A DNA stretch of 60,417 nt, counting the filler. It is 4 parts of 4 records of this genome, joined end to end, with 100 filler letters (N's around TTAATTAATTAA, not from the genome) between each part and the next. Parts side by side here need not be neighbours in the genome. Positions count along the whole stretch, not along the records: positions 20,917 to 35,446 come from DRR723986_6430; positions 35,547 to 50,127 come from DRR723986_6432; 2 more parts are not named here. One strand, written 5' to 3'. The position numbers and the translations under genes are program-made. Numbering within the stretch: position 1 is the first letter of the stretch; each line of letters starts with the position of its first letter. Shown piece by piece: positions 29,447 to 37,664 of this stretch. Below the pieces are notes generated by a model. That model saw nothing but the letters and a program-made list of their open reading frames with translations. It was not told the origin of the DNA and did not search any database.

Positions 29447-29504
29447 CGGACGGCCAGCGTTCTGGTTGTATGGCAATCTACTTAACGAATGCTGGGGACC
29501 GGAC

Positions 29505-29915
29505 ATGTTGAAGACTTGCGCACTATTGATCGCAGCAGCGCTGGGGGCCGCTTCGGCGACAGCAGACCCTTGCGAAGCGCCGCTGCCCTCCAAGGCGGGG
29601 ACAGTATTCACCGGAACCGTTCAATACATCGTTGATGGTGATGGCATCTGCGTGGGGACTTCCGCTGATGAGAACACTTGGATTGAAGTGCGCTTGGTAG
29701 ACTTCAATGCACCTGAGTTGAGCACTTCCGATGGCGCCTTCGCCAAGAAGGAAATGGAGAAGCTGGCGATGGGGAAGCAGGCTGAATGCGTAACGACGCC
29801 GGGACGAGCCGGGCGGACGACTTCATGGGATCGCGTACATGCTAGCTGCATGATCAACGGCGCCAGCTTGGCACGCCTTCTGCGTGAGGCAGGCGTCCCC
29901 GAGGGCGGGAACTAA
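29505..29915 (+). CDS. Secreted thermonuclease (SNase-like) protein
   Basis: Signal peptide, 'IVDGDGICV', 'VRLVDFNAPEL', 'DRVHASC'. Confidence 0.8.
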   Translation: MLKTCALLIAAALGAASATADPCEAPLPSKAGTVFTGTVQYIVDGDGICVGTSADENTWIEVRLVDFNAPELSTSDGAFAKKEMEKLAMGKQAECVTTPGRAGRTTSWDRVHASCMINGASLARLLREAGVPEGGN

Positions 29916-30181
29916 ACCCACAGGCATTTGAGGTGACGCTGCAAAAGTCCTCGTATTTGGAGACCGAGACCAAGACCCCCGGTAATTGGAGACACACTCC
30001 ACCCGCAGCGGACCAGAGACCCGCTCGCCCCCAGCCCACAACCGCATTGGCTTTTTTGTGATAGCCTGACGCCCCCCTCATCAATGCGTTGTGACCAGAC
30101 ACCAGCCCCACGCCAGTTCACCTTGATAGTGACACCCCCCGCAGACCGATCCGCTAAACCTTGGTTGAGACACCGAGAACA

Positions 30182-30426
30182 GGAACGGGCCTGAGGGGGG
30201 CGAGGCGTGTGCCCCCTCAGGGTTGGTTATCACCATAGATAACCTAACCCCTAGGGTCTAACGCTATGTCTTCTCAAAGTAAGCACACTGAGTTTTCCTT
30301 GTAGGTGTTTCTTTGAGTGAACATAGCGTTCCACCCAGCGTGTATCCCTAGTGTTTGGTTGCCTTGCCGTGGCAACCGTTACCAGTGTCCCGGCTTAGGG
30401 CCGACCCTGAGTAGGCCTAGTGTTCC
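30182..30426. other. Multi-hairpin structured non-coding element
   Basis: Four consecutive inverted repeats plus two enclosing stems (see findings). Confidence 0.6.
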
Positions 30427-31089
30427 GTCCACGTGTTCCATCCATGTGACCCGGCGCCAAGGAAGCCGCAGAGAAGGCCAAGGACAAGGTCTTTGAGAAG
30501 CTGCTGAAGAAGCACATAGCCGAGCAGATAAGCGCGTCAGAGAGCCTCTCAGCGTCCCGCAAGAGGAAGCGCAGGGACGGCTTTATGCTGGGTTGATTTT
30601 ATTGGGGAAATCAAAACGCCCCGTAACCGGAGAGAGTGACCAAGCCCCCACCCCCGGTCCAACCTACCAGTGTTACTCTAAGTGTTACCTTATGTAGACT
30701 TCAAGTCAGTACGCTTGGTGGCCTCAGAGTGGACACTGGGCATGGGGATACCCAATCCCCCAATACACTATGACCTCCCCTGGGTGGACCCTGAGGCAGG
30801 CTTAGGGCCGTCTCCGTGTACGGTGGTATCCAACCACCACCCCATCAATGTCCTAGCCCAGTGACTAGCTCGGGCAACACTCGCGTGTGCTCCCGTGTGA
30901 GCAGCACCGCAGCAATGAACACCTCTCTACAGAACAGCCTAGGAGCGCCCCAGAGAGCCGCCGTGAGCGTGGCAAGGCGATGGGTCCAACGCTCCACAGA
31001 AGCCGCCCAGCGGCGCTCCTAGGCCTTCCCTGAGTCCTTCACGGGCTCGGCCCATCACCCATCGCATCCCAATCAAGGAAACCCATCCC

Positions 31090-31338
31090 ATGTCTACCCG
31101 TGTCCCCACCCGTTCCGTGGGCAGAGGGCGTAGCACCCGTGTGCTGCCCGCAGCCTACCGGAAGGAACAACAGGTGTTGAACCAGAGTGCCCGCAACAAT
31201 GCCTGGAAGGCTGGCGCCGTCGCCTCCGCTGTCACTGGCAAGCTACTGAGGCAGTTCACACCGCCGCCCATGCAAACCCGTGCCCATGCCTACAGCCGCT
31301 ACCTCATCAACAATGGTTGGAGGCCGTACCAGCAATGA
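31090..31338 (+). CDS. Hypothetical basic protein
   Basis: AAGGA RBS; ATGA overlap with the next ORF. Confidence 0.6.
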   Translation: MSTRVPTRSVGRGRSTRVLPAAYRKEQQVLNQSARNNAWKAGAVASAVTGKLLRQFTPPPMQTRAHAYSRYLINNGWRPYQQ

Positions 31339-31547
31339 GCGATCTCAACAAACCACCCCACCTGCGTGCTCCCATGATCAACGTGGATGTGCCCAGCGAT
31401 GCAGTGGAATTCATTGGTGTGAACAACGCCAACAAGCCGCGCGCAGAGAAGGCCCCTAGGCCGGTCGTTGAGTTGTCCTATAGCGACGATAACGACGCCC
31501 TTACAGGCGAGTTCAGCAAACACCACAGCCACGTCTACGGACGATAG
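31335..31547 (+). CDS. Hypothetical protein
   Basis: ATGA translational coupling. Confidence 0.5.
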   Translation: MSDLNKPPHLRAPMINVDVPSDAVEFIGVNNANKPRAEKAPRPVVELSYSDDNDALTGEFSKHHSHVYGR

Positions 31548-31603
31548 CGCATCCCCCAACAATCCATCACCCATCCCAATCCTGACAAAGGAAACCCATC
31601 TCC

Positions 31604-32071
31604 ATGACCAAGAAATCAAACACCGCCGCCGACGTGGAATTGCGGGCTGACCGTACCCCCGGCTCAGAGGCAAAGGCCCCCAGACTGACCATCGCCGCTA
31701 CCGAAGCCGCGAATGAAACGCTTTACCTTGGGAAGCTCACCTCTACAGAGGGCCGTGTGGCCTACCTCCGCATCTGGCAGGCGGGCTACCGCATCCTGTT
31801 CCAGAACCGCTCCGGCACATGGAAGCCCGACGGCTTTGGTGACACCCACTCCGCTGCCATCGGCAACCGGGATCACGTGTTCAACTGTTTGGAAGCCGTA
31901 GGGTTCACCCCAGACGACTACTCAAAGGCAATCATTGCCAACCTCCCACGTAATCCGGTTGTGGCCTACGGCGCCATCGTTGGCTCCCGTGCACCGCTGA
32001 GGTATATCCCCGCTGACCTTGCCCTAGCGCGTGAGGCCGTCCCCGGCCAAAACTTGATCCGGGGCTACTGA
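31604..32071 (+). CDS. Hypothetical protein
   Basis: AAGGA RBS, 155 aa globular-looking ORF. Confidence 0.7.
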   Translation: MTKKSNTAADVELRADRTPGSEAKAPRLTIAATEAANETLYLGKLTSTEGRVAYLRIWQAGYRILFQNRSGTWKPDGFGDTHSAAIGNRDHVFNCLEAVGFTPDDYSKAIIANLPRNPVVAYGAIVGSRAPLRYIPADLALAREAVPGQNLIRGY

Positions 32072-32072
32072 T

Positions 32073-32384
32073 ATGCCCGGCAACACAGATCACAGCCGCA
32101 GCCCATCGAAGCCCACCAAAGTGTGCAGCGCTTGCGGCAAGGCCTTCCCAGCAACGCGGGCGTGGTTCTTTGAGGACAAGTCACAACCCGATGGCCTCAG
32201 CTATAGGTGTTTCTCATGTACGCTCCGTGGGAAGCCCGCAGCGGACAAGCTCCCAAGCAATATTCCCCCAGAGGACAAACCAAAGAAACGCCGCAGGGGC
32301 TGCCGGGGTGGACGCAACTACAACCGCGCTGCCAAGGCCGCCGCTCGTGCCGCTGCCGCCACGAACACCAATCACCAGACATAG
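32073..32384 (+). CDS. C4 zinc-finger protein with basic tail
   Basis: 'KVCSACG...F..DKSQPDGL.YRCFSC' as seen at the N-terminus of phage HNH/endoVII proteins; tail 'KKRRRGCRGGR'. Confidence 0.7.
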   Translation: MPGNTDHSRSPSKPTKVCSACGKAFPATRAWFFEDKSQPDGLSYRCFSCTLRGKPAADKLPSNIPPEDKPKKRRRGCRGGRNYNRAAKAAARAAAATNTNHQT

Positions 32385-32751
32385 GTTGGCTCTGTGAGAC
32401 TCTAGGAAGCCCGTGAAAGGTACGGCGAGCTTCCTTGAGTCCTCACCTAGGCAAATCCCTCAGATGCCCACCAGACGGACTCTGTGGCTCTCCAAGCAGG
32501 GCTCCCTGAGGGATGGGTGTAACCGGTGGGGCAGATCGAAATATGCAGCAAAAATTCGTGGCCCTTTAATAAGGGGTCGCCGCCACCCGTTCCCCCCGTG
32601 GGGGGCCTCTGTTTCGTCCTTGATCAGAGGCCCTTTCGGGGCGCCATGGGGCCTCGGCACCACACGTCATGCCGCAGACGCGCGGGGATTGCCCGTCAGC
32701 ATTGGGTGTTGCTCTGGATTGTGAGTCTAGGGACGCCTCCAGGAAGCGCTC

Positions 32752-32772
32752 AGTGTACCTCTGGTGTATCAC
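32752..32772 (+). repeat. GTGTATCA motif cluster 3 (tandem, 11-bp period)
   Basis: AGTGTACCTC-TGGTGTATCAC. Confidence 0.75.
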
Positions 32773-33104
32773 TTTGGGCTGATGGCACCGTGCTGGCACC
32801 GTACCGTTCCGCTCCAATCTGTAGCAGCCACGAGCGATGTAGCCCCGCGATGCCTGGGCAACGCTGTTCCTGAGGAAGGCACCCACCGACGCGCGATGCC
32901 GAGAGGAGTTCGCTATGGTTTTCGCACGCGCGTGTGATGCACTGTCGTTTTCATCACCAACAGATCGCCCACTCAGAAGACGTTCGGAGACGCATTCACA
33001 GCGGATTGGCGGTTTATGCCTCATTAACCGTTGGCGCCCATACGAATTGGACGAAATGATTCGTGTGGGGCGAAATGTAAAGAATCTGACGTCGAGGTGA
33101 TAAC

Positions 33105-33338
33105 ATGCTTACGGGCAACGAACTAAAGTCAATTCGAGAGCAAACTCTAAAGTGGACCCAAGCGGATTTAGCGCGGGAACTCGGTGTATCCCGACCCACA
33201 ATATCGTCGTGGGAAAAGTTAGGCGATCTCTATCTCAGTCGCACGGCGGACTTGGCGATGCAGGCGTTGATCCGGTTGCCGGATACGCGCGGGTGGGGGA
33301 ATGACGGGAAGAATACCTACGGGGAGCTGGACGAGTGA
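33105..33338 (+). CDS. XRE/Cro-family HTH regulator
   Basis: 'ELKSIREQTLKWTQADLARELGVSRPTISSWEK'; GAGG RBS. Confidence 0.9.
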   Translation: MLTGNELKSIREQTLKWTQADLARELGVSRPTISSWEKLGDLYLSRTADLAMQALIRLPDTRGWGNDGKNTYGELDE

Positions 33339-33565
33339 TTGGTCTCGTACTTTTGCCCCTCGCAATTGTGCTGATCATGGTGTTAGCGCCAGTGGCGTTC
33401 TTATCCTTGAAGTCCCCAGCACATCCGGTGAAGATCGATACACGCGGTCTCAAGTATGATGGCCCGGTAGTGGCATTGTTGCCAGTTCTGTTTTGTCGCG
33501 GACTGATCTTCGTGGGCGTTTACGTTCTTTGGGCGGCATCACCTCTTGCCGGGCTATGGAGTTAG
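33335..33565 (+). CDS. Small two-TM membrane protein
   Basis: GTGA overlap with the HTH gene; two hydrophobic helices. Confidence 0.55.
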   Translation: MIGLVLLPLAIVLIMVLAPVAFLSLKSPAHPVKIDTRGLKYDGPVVALLPVLFCRGLIFVGVYVLWAASPLAGLWS

Positions 33566-33586
33566 TTCCGTTGCGATTGATCGCAT

Positions 33587-35086
33587 CTACACCCATTCCT
33601 CTGGCGTGTAGATGTAATCGGGGGCTTCACCGAGCCGCTCAAAGGCCAACTCCATGGCTGCCTTGAGTTCTCCCATGTCCACGCCGCCAGCTCCGTACAC
33701 CGCATTCACGGCGCCCTCAGTGTGGCCTAGGAGCGAATAGCGTAGGTGTTGCCTGGCATCGCTCACCAGCATGGCTTGGTTCACAGTGTGCCGGAAGGAA
33801 TACACCACCAGGCGGCGCTCCTTGGGAATGCCTGCGGTCCTCAAAGCCTTGTTAGCTCGGTTGGATAGCTTGGTGGTGTCGTGGAAGTTCTCAGGGAACA
33901 GCGGTGTGCTGGGCATTGATGCACCGTCCACCAGTGCCTTCACCTCAGAGAGCGCAGAGCCGACGATGGGTACACGCCTCTCACTGCCTTTGGTCTTGAG
34001 CCCGCGAATTACGTTGGCCTTGATACGCAGGTACGGCGTGGGCACGTCCAACACTACATCGCTCCGCAGCAACCCGCCAATCTCCAGCGGCCTTGCGCCT
34101 GTGTACATCAGCAGGCGGAGAAAGGCCCGCATGTACCGGTCAGTGTCATTGCGCATGAAGTACGCGTTGAGAAGGTCCAAGTGGCCCCGAGTGAATGGGA
34201 GGCGCTTCTGTGATGCAACCTTCTCCGCATCAACCGCTGCCCGGGGCGGTCCCTGACGTGCCCACGGGTTTTTGTTCCTGAGCGTCTCGTCTTCAAAGTG
34301 ATCCGATGCCCAGTTCCACAATGCCTTGAGTGGGCCAACACGCCGTCGGATTGTCTCAGCGCCGTTGCCGCGAACAGTGTGGAGGTAGTCAACGAACTCA
34401 CGTGCCAACGCCCTGTTGATCTCATTGAGTGGCAACAAGCGCGGGTCGCCTTTCGTTTTCTTGCTGAGTGTGGGGTGTGCGGTGATCCATTCCTCAAAGC
34501 GAGGCCAGGTGGCCGCCTCTGCCTTGTCCTCAGTGCCGCCCCAGTAGTGCTTCAGGCGTTCGTCTATGGCGCGACCTAGGGTCAACGCTGCGGGGACTTT
34601 GCTGCCGCGTTTCACCGTCTCAATCCGCACACGCAACTCATCGTGAAGTTCGTGTAGTTCGGGATCGCGCTGAAGCTTCTGGCGGTAGGGCGCCAACTCG
34701 CTGTCTAGCCACCGGTCGTAGTCGCTATCCATCGCGGGGCTATCATACATCCCATGCTCATCAGGCCCGGTGCCATCGTCGTAGCGTCCCTGTGGGTCAG
34801 TCCCGATGTACTTGTTGCGCAGCGCCCATTGTTCCATGCGCTCCGCCATCGCGTGCGGGTCTTCTCCGGCACGGAATGCTTTCTCGGCCTTTAGGAACTC
34901 GGGATCGTAATGGCGGTCTAGCTTCTCCACCTCCAGCAACGCGCGTGCCTTTTGGTCAGCGCTCAGCCCCAAAGACTTCACGATCTCGCTTTTGCCGTTG
35001 AAGTACGGGCGGAGGTGGGCAGGAACCTTGCGGCGATAGCGGAGTTTGCCGTTCCGGTTCTGTAGTCGATTGATGGTCATGCGCAT
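33587..35086 (-). CDS. Tyrosine recombinase/integrase with N-terminal DUF6538-like domain
   Basis: N-term 'YRRKVPAHLR...EIVKSLG'; catalytic 'TGARPLEI', 'LKT...RRVP', 'YSFRH', 'LLGH', 'VYG'. Confidence 0.93.
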   Translation of the reverse strand: MRMTINRLQNRNGKLRYRRKVPAHLRPYFNGKSEIVKSLGLSADQKARALLEVEKLDRHYDPEFLKAEKAFRAGEDPHAMAERMEQWALRNKYIGTDPQGRYDDGTGPDEHGMYDSPAMDSDYDRWLDSELAPYRQKLQRDPELHELHDELRVRIETVKRGSKVPAALTLGRAIDERLKHYWGGTEDKAEAATWPRFEEWITAHPTLSKKTKGDPRLLPLNEINRALAREFVDYLHTVRGNGAETIRRRVGPLKALWNWASDHFEDETLRNKNPWARQGPPRAAVDAEKVASQKRLPFTRGHLDLLNAYFMRNDTDRYMRAFLRLLMYTGARPLEIGGLLRSDVVLDVPTPYLRIKANVIRGLKTKGSERRVPIVGSALSEVKALVDGASMPSTPLFPENFHDTTKLSNRANKALRTAGIPKERRLVVYSFRHTVNQAMLVSDARQHLRYSLLGHTEGAVNAVYGAGGVDMGELKAAMELAFERLGEAPDYIYTPEEWV

Positions 35087-35108
35087 GGAGGTACCTCCAG
35101 AGTCACTA

Positions 35109-35158
35109 AGAAAGAACCCCCACGGCTGCGCTGGGCAGAACCCGGAGCCGTGAGGGCT
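35109..35158 (-). terminator. Hairpin plus U-rich tract upstream of the integrase (possible terminator/attenuator)
   Basis: Minus strand AGCCCTCACGGCT...AGCCGTGGGGGTT followed by CTTTCTT. Confidence 0.5.
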
Positions 35159-35179
35159 GAGAGTGTGTGAAGGTGGCCT

Positions 35180-35410
35180 CTAGCGGCGTGCCATCTCGTG
35201 ACGGGTCACCCGCATTTCGCCTTCAATCCGGAACAGCCGTTCGGCGTTCGCTTCCTCACGCTCTGTGAGCTTGGCTTGAGCGTGGGCGAGGCGTTCCAGG
35301 CGCCACTCAGTGAACCCCTGAGCGACCCACAGGAAGGCGCGGTAAACGCCCAACCCGATGGAGCGAGTCGTGGAGGTCTTACCGGTGGTGGCGATGGTCT
35401 GGTGTATCAT
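35180..35410 (-). CDS. Hypothetical small coiled-coil protein upstream of the integrase
   Basis: GGAG RBS, ATG at 35410, 76 aa. Confidence 0.6.
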   Translation of the reverse strand: MIHQTIATTGKTSTTRSIGLGVYRAFLWVAQGFTEWRLERLAHAQAKLTEREEANAERLFRIEGEMRVTRHEMARR

Positions 35411-35432
35411 TGGTGTATCTCCAAGTGTATCA
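35400..35432 (+). repeat. GTGTATCA motif cluster 4 (triple tandem, 11-12 bp period)
   Basis: TGGTGTATCA-T-TGGTGTATCT-CC-AAGTGTATCA overlapping the RBS and start of the ORF above. Confidence 0.88.
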
Positions 35433-35446
35433 GTGTTGGCGCGCAA

Positions 35447-35546
35447 NNNNNNNNNNNNNNNNNNNNNNNNNNNNNNNNNNNNNNNNNNNNTTAATTAATT
35501 AANNNNNNNNNNNNNNNNNNNNNNNNNNNNNNNNNNNNNNNNNNNN
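35447..35546. other. Artificial contig linker
   Basis: N44-TTAATTAATTAA-N44. Confidence 0.98.
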
Positions 35547-36189
35547 GGCAAAAATGTACGCCTACTGGATTACGGTGAATTACCGCGAAAGCTATGGCAT
35601 GTACGCCTGCAACGGCATTTTGTTTAACCACGAAAGCCCGCGCCGTGGCGAAACTTTTGTAACCCGAAAAATTACACGCGGCATGAGCAATATTGCGGTG
35701 GGCCTGGAGCAATGCCTGTACATGGGCAATATGGACGCGCTGCGCGATTGGGGCCATGCGAAAGACTACGTTGAAATGCAATGGCTAATGCTGCAACAGG
35801 ACACACCCGACGATTTTGTAATTGCCACCGGTGTGCAATACAGCGTGCGCCAGTTTATTGAAATGACGGCTGCTGAATTGGGCGTAACCCTGCGCTGGGA
35901 AGGCAGTGGCGTGGATGAAAAAGGCATTGTAGTGAAAGTGCAAGGCGACAAGGCACCTGCCTTGAAAGAAGGCGATGTGGTGGTGCAGGTTGACCCGCGT
36001 TACTTCCGCCCTGCGGAAGTGGAAACCTTGTTGGGCGACCCCAGCAAGGCGAAAAATAAACTGGGTTGGACGCCGAAAATTACTTTGCAGGAAATGGTGC
36101 AGGAAATGGTGCAGGTAGACCTGGATGCGGCACGTCAACACGCCCTGCTCAAGCAACACGGCTACAGCGTTGCAGTAAGCCGCGAGTAA
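35547..36189 (+). CDS. gmd: GDP-mannose 4,6-dehydratase (5' truncated)
   Basis: '[23 protein letters not shown]', 'RDWGHAKDY', '[13 protein letters not shown]'. Confidence 0.97.
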
Positions 36190-36201
36190 AGGCTGCCATT
36201 C

Positions 36202-37176
36202 ATGTTGAACTTCAATTCAAAAATATATGTGGCGGGCCACCGGGGCATGGTGGGCAGCGCGATTGTGCGTCGCCTGAATGCTTTGGGTTACAGCAATATT
36301 GTGGTGCGCACCCACGCCGAACTTGACCTGTGCAACCAGGCTGCCGTGAATGAATTTTTCGCAGCTGAGAAGCCCGACGCCGTGGTGTTGGCCGCAGCCA
36401 AGGTAGGTGGCATACACGCCAATAACACCTACCCGGCCGAGTTTATTTTTCAGAACCTGATGATGGAATGCAATGTGGTGCATGCAGCCCATGCCAACGA
36501 TTGCCAGCATTTGTTGTTTCTGGGTTCAAGCTGTATTTACCCCAAGTTGGCTGAGCAGCCGATGACAGAAACTGCGTTGCTGACAGGTACTTTGGAAAGC
36601 ACCAACGAGCCCTACGCGGTGGCGAAAATTGCAGGCATTAAATTGTGCGAAAGTTACAACCGCCAGTATGGCCGCAACTATCGCAGTGTAATGCCCACCA
36701 ATTTGTATGGCGAGAATGACAACTTTCACCCCGAAAACAGCCATGTGATACCGGCGATGATGCGCCGTTTTCATGAAGCCAAATTGCGGGGTGACGCCGA
36801 GGTGGTGGTGTGGGGTACAGGCACGCCCATGCGTGAATTTTTGTATGTCGACGACATGGCCGCAGCCAGTGTGCATGTGTTGTTGCTGGATGAGCAAACC
36901 TACAAAGCCAATACTCAGCCCATGTTGAGCCACATCAATGTGGGCACAGGCGTAGATTGCACCATTCGCGAATTGGCGGAGACCATGCAGCGCGTGGTGG
37001 GCTTTGAAGGCAAGTTGGTGTTTGATACCACCAAGCCCGATGGCACCCCGCGCAAGTTGATGAACGTGGACCGTTTGAAAAATTTGGGTTGGCAATACAG
37101 CATTAACCTGGAAGCTGGGTTGAAGAAAACCTATGCCTGGTTTTTGAACAATGTTGAAGGTTTGCGAGAAGCCTGA
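36202..37176 (+). CDS. fcl: GDP-L-fucose synthase
   Basis: '[11 protein letters not shown]', '[11 protein letters not shown]', 'LGSSCIYP', 'MPTNLYG', 'KPDGTPRK'. Confidence 0.97.
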   Translation: MLNFNSKIYVAGHRGMVGSAIVRRLNALGYSNIVVRTHAELDLCNQAAVNEFFAAEKPDAVVLAAAKVGGIHANNTYPAEFIFQNLMMECNVVHAAHANDCQHLLFLGSSCIYPKLAEQPMTETALLTGTLESTNEPYAVAKIAGIKLCESYNRQYGRNYRSVMPTNLYGENDNFHPENSHVIPAMMRRFHEAKLRGDAEVVVWGTGTPMREFLYVDDMAAASVHVLLLDEQTYKANTQPMLSHINVGTGVDCTIRELAETMQRVVGFEGKLVFDTTKPDGTPRKLMNVDRLKNLGWQYSINLEAGLKKTYAWFLNNVEGLREA

Positions 37177-37664
37177 TGGTGTGGTGGAACCCGCAGCAAT
37201 GGGCTGAAGTGGTTGAACGCACGCCATTGGTTTCAATTGACCTTGTTGTAACCAATGCGCGCAGTGAAGTGTTACTGGGTTGGCGAAACAACAAACCCGC
37301 GCAACACTGCTGGTTTGTGCCCGGCGGCGTGGTGCGCAAAGGTGAAACATTGCAGCAGGCCTTTGAGCGCTTGTTGTGGGTTGAGCTGGGCGTACAGGTG
37401 AAACTTGCCCGAACCGGTTTTTTTGCGGGTGTGTACGAACACCACTACCTCGACAACTTTGCGGGTACTGAGGGTGTGGGCACCCACTATGTGGTGTTGG
37501 CCCACCGCTTGAATGTCGAGCAGCATTTGCCGGCCTTGAGTGATTTGAATGGTCTGCCTAAAGACCAGCACAACAATTATCAATGGATGCCCGTGGCCGA
37601 GTTGTTGAGTAATCCGCAAGTGCATGACCACACGAAAGCATATTTTCAGGAACAGGCAAAATAA
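37176..37664 (+). CDS. gmm: GDP-mannose mannosyl hydrolase (Nudix)
   Basis: 'TPLVSIDL', 'WFVPGG', 'THYVVL', 'VHDHTKAYF'. Confidence 0.9.
   Translation: MVWWNPQQWAEVVERTPLVSIDLVVTNARSEVLLGWRNNKPAQHCWFVPGGVVRKGETLQQAFERLLWVELGVQVKLARTGFFAGVYEHHYLDNFAGTEGVGTHYVVLAHRLNVEQHLPALSDLNGLPKDQHNNYQWMPVAELLSNPQVHDHTKAYFQEQAK

Larger units (their letters stand above)
27863..35446. mobile_element. tRNA-targeting integrative element / phage-derived island (right end beyond contig)
   Basis: att-like core, tyrosine recombinase, XRE HTH, small phage-style ORFs, recurring GTGTATCA repeats. Confidence 0.8.

Noticed and set aside
30123-30145. GTGACAC similarity to the SP6 phage promoter
   Set aside because: Single copy, lacks the TATA melting region, and no phage RNA polymerase is in view.
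30260-30330. Long hairpin as a retron msd
   Set aside because: No reverse transcriptase in the visible contig and no recognisable msr.
27938-35432. GTGTATCA repeats as a CRISPR or similar guide array
   Set aside because: Units are only 9-11 bp, have no unique spacers of regular length, and no cas-like gene is present.
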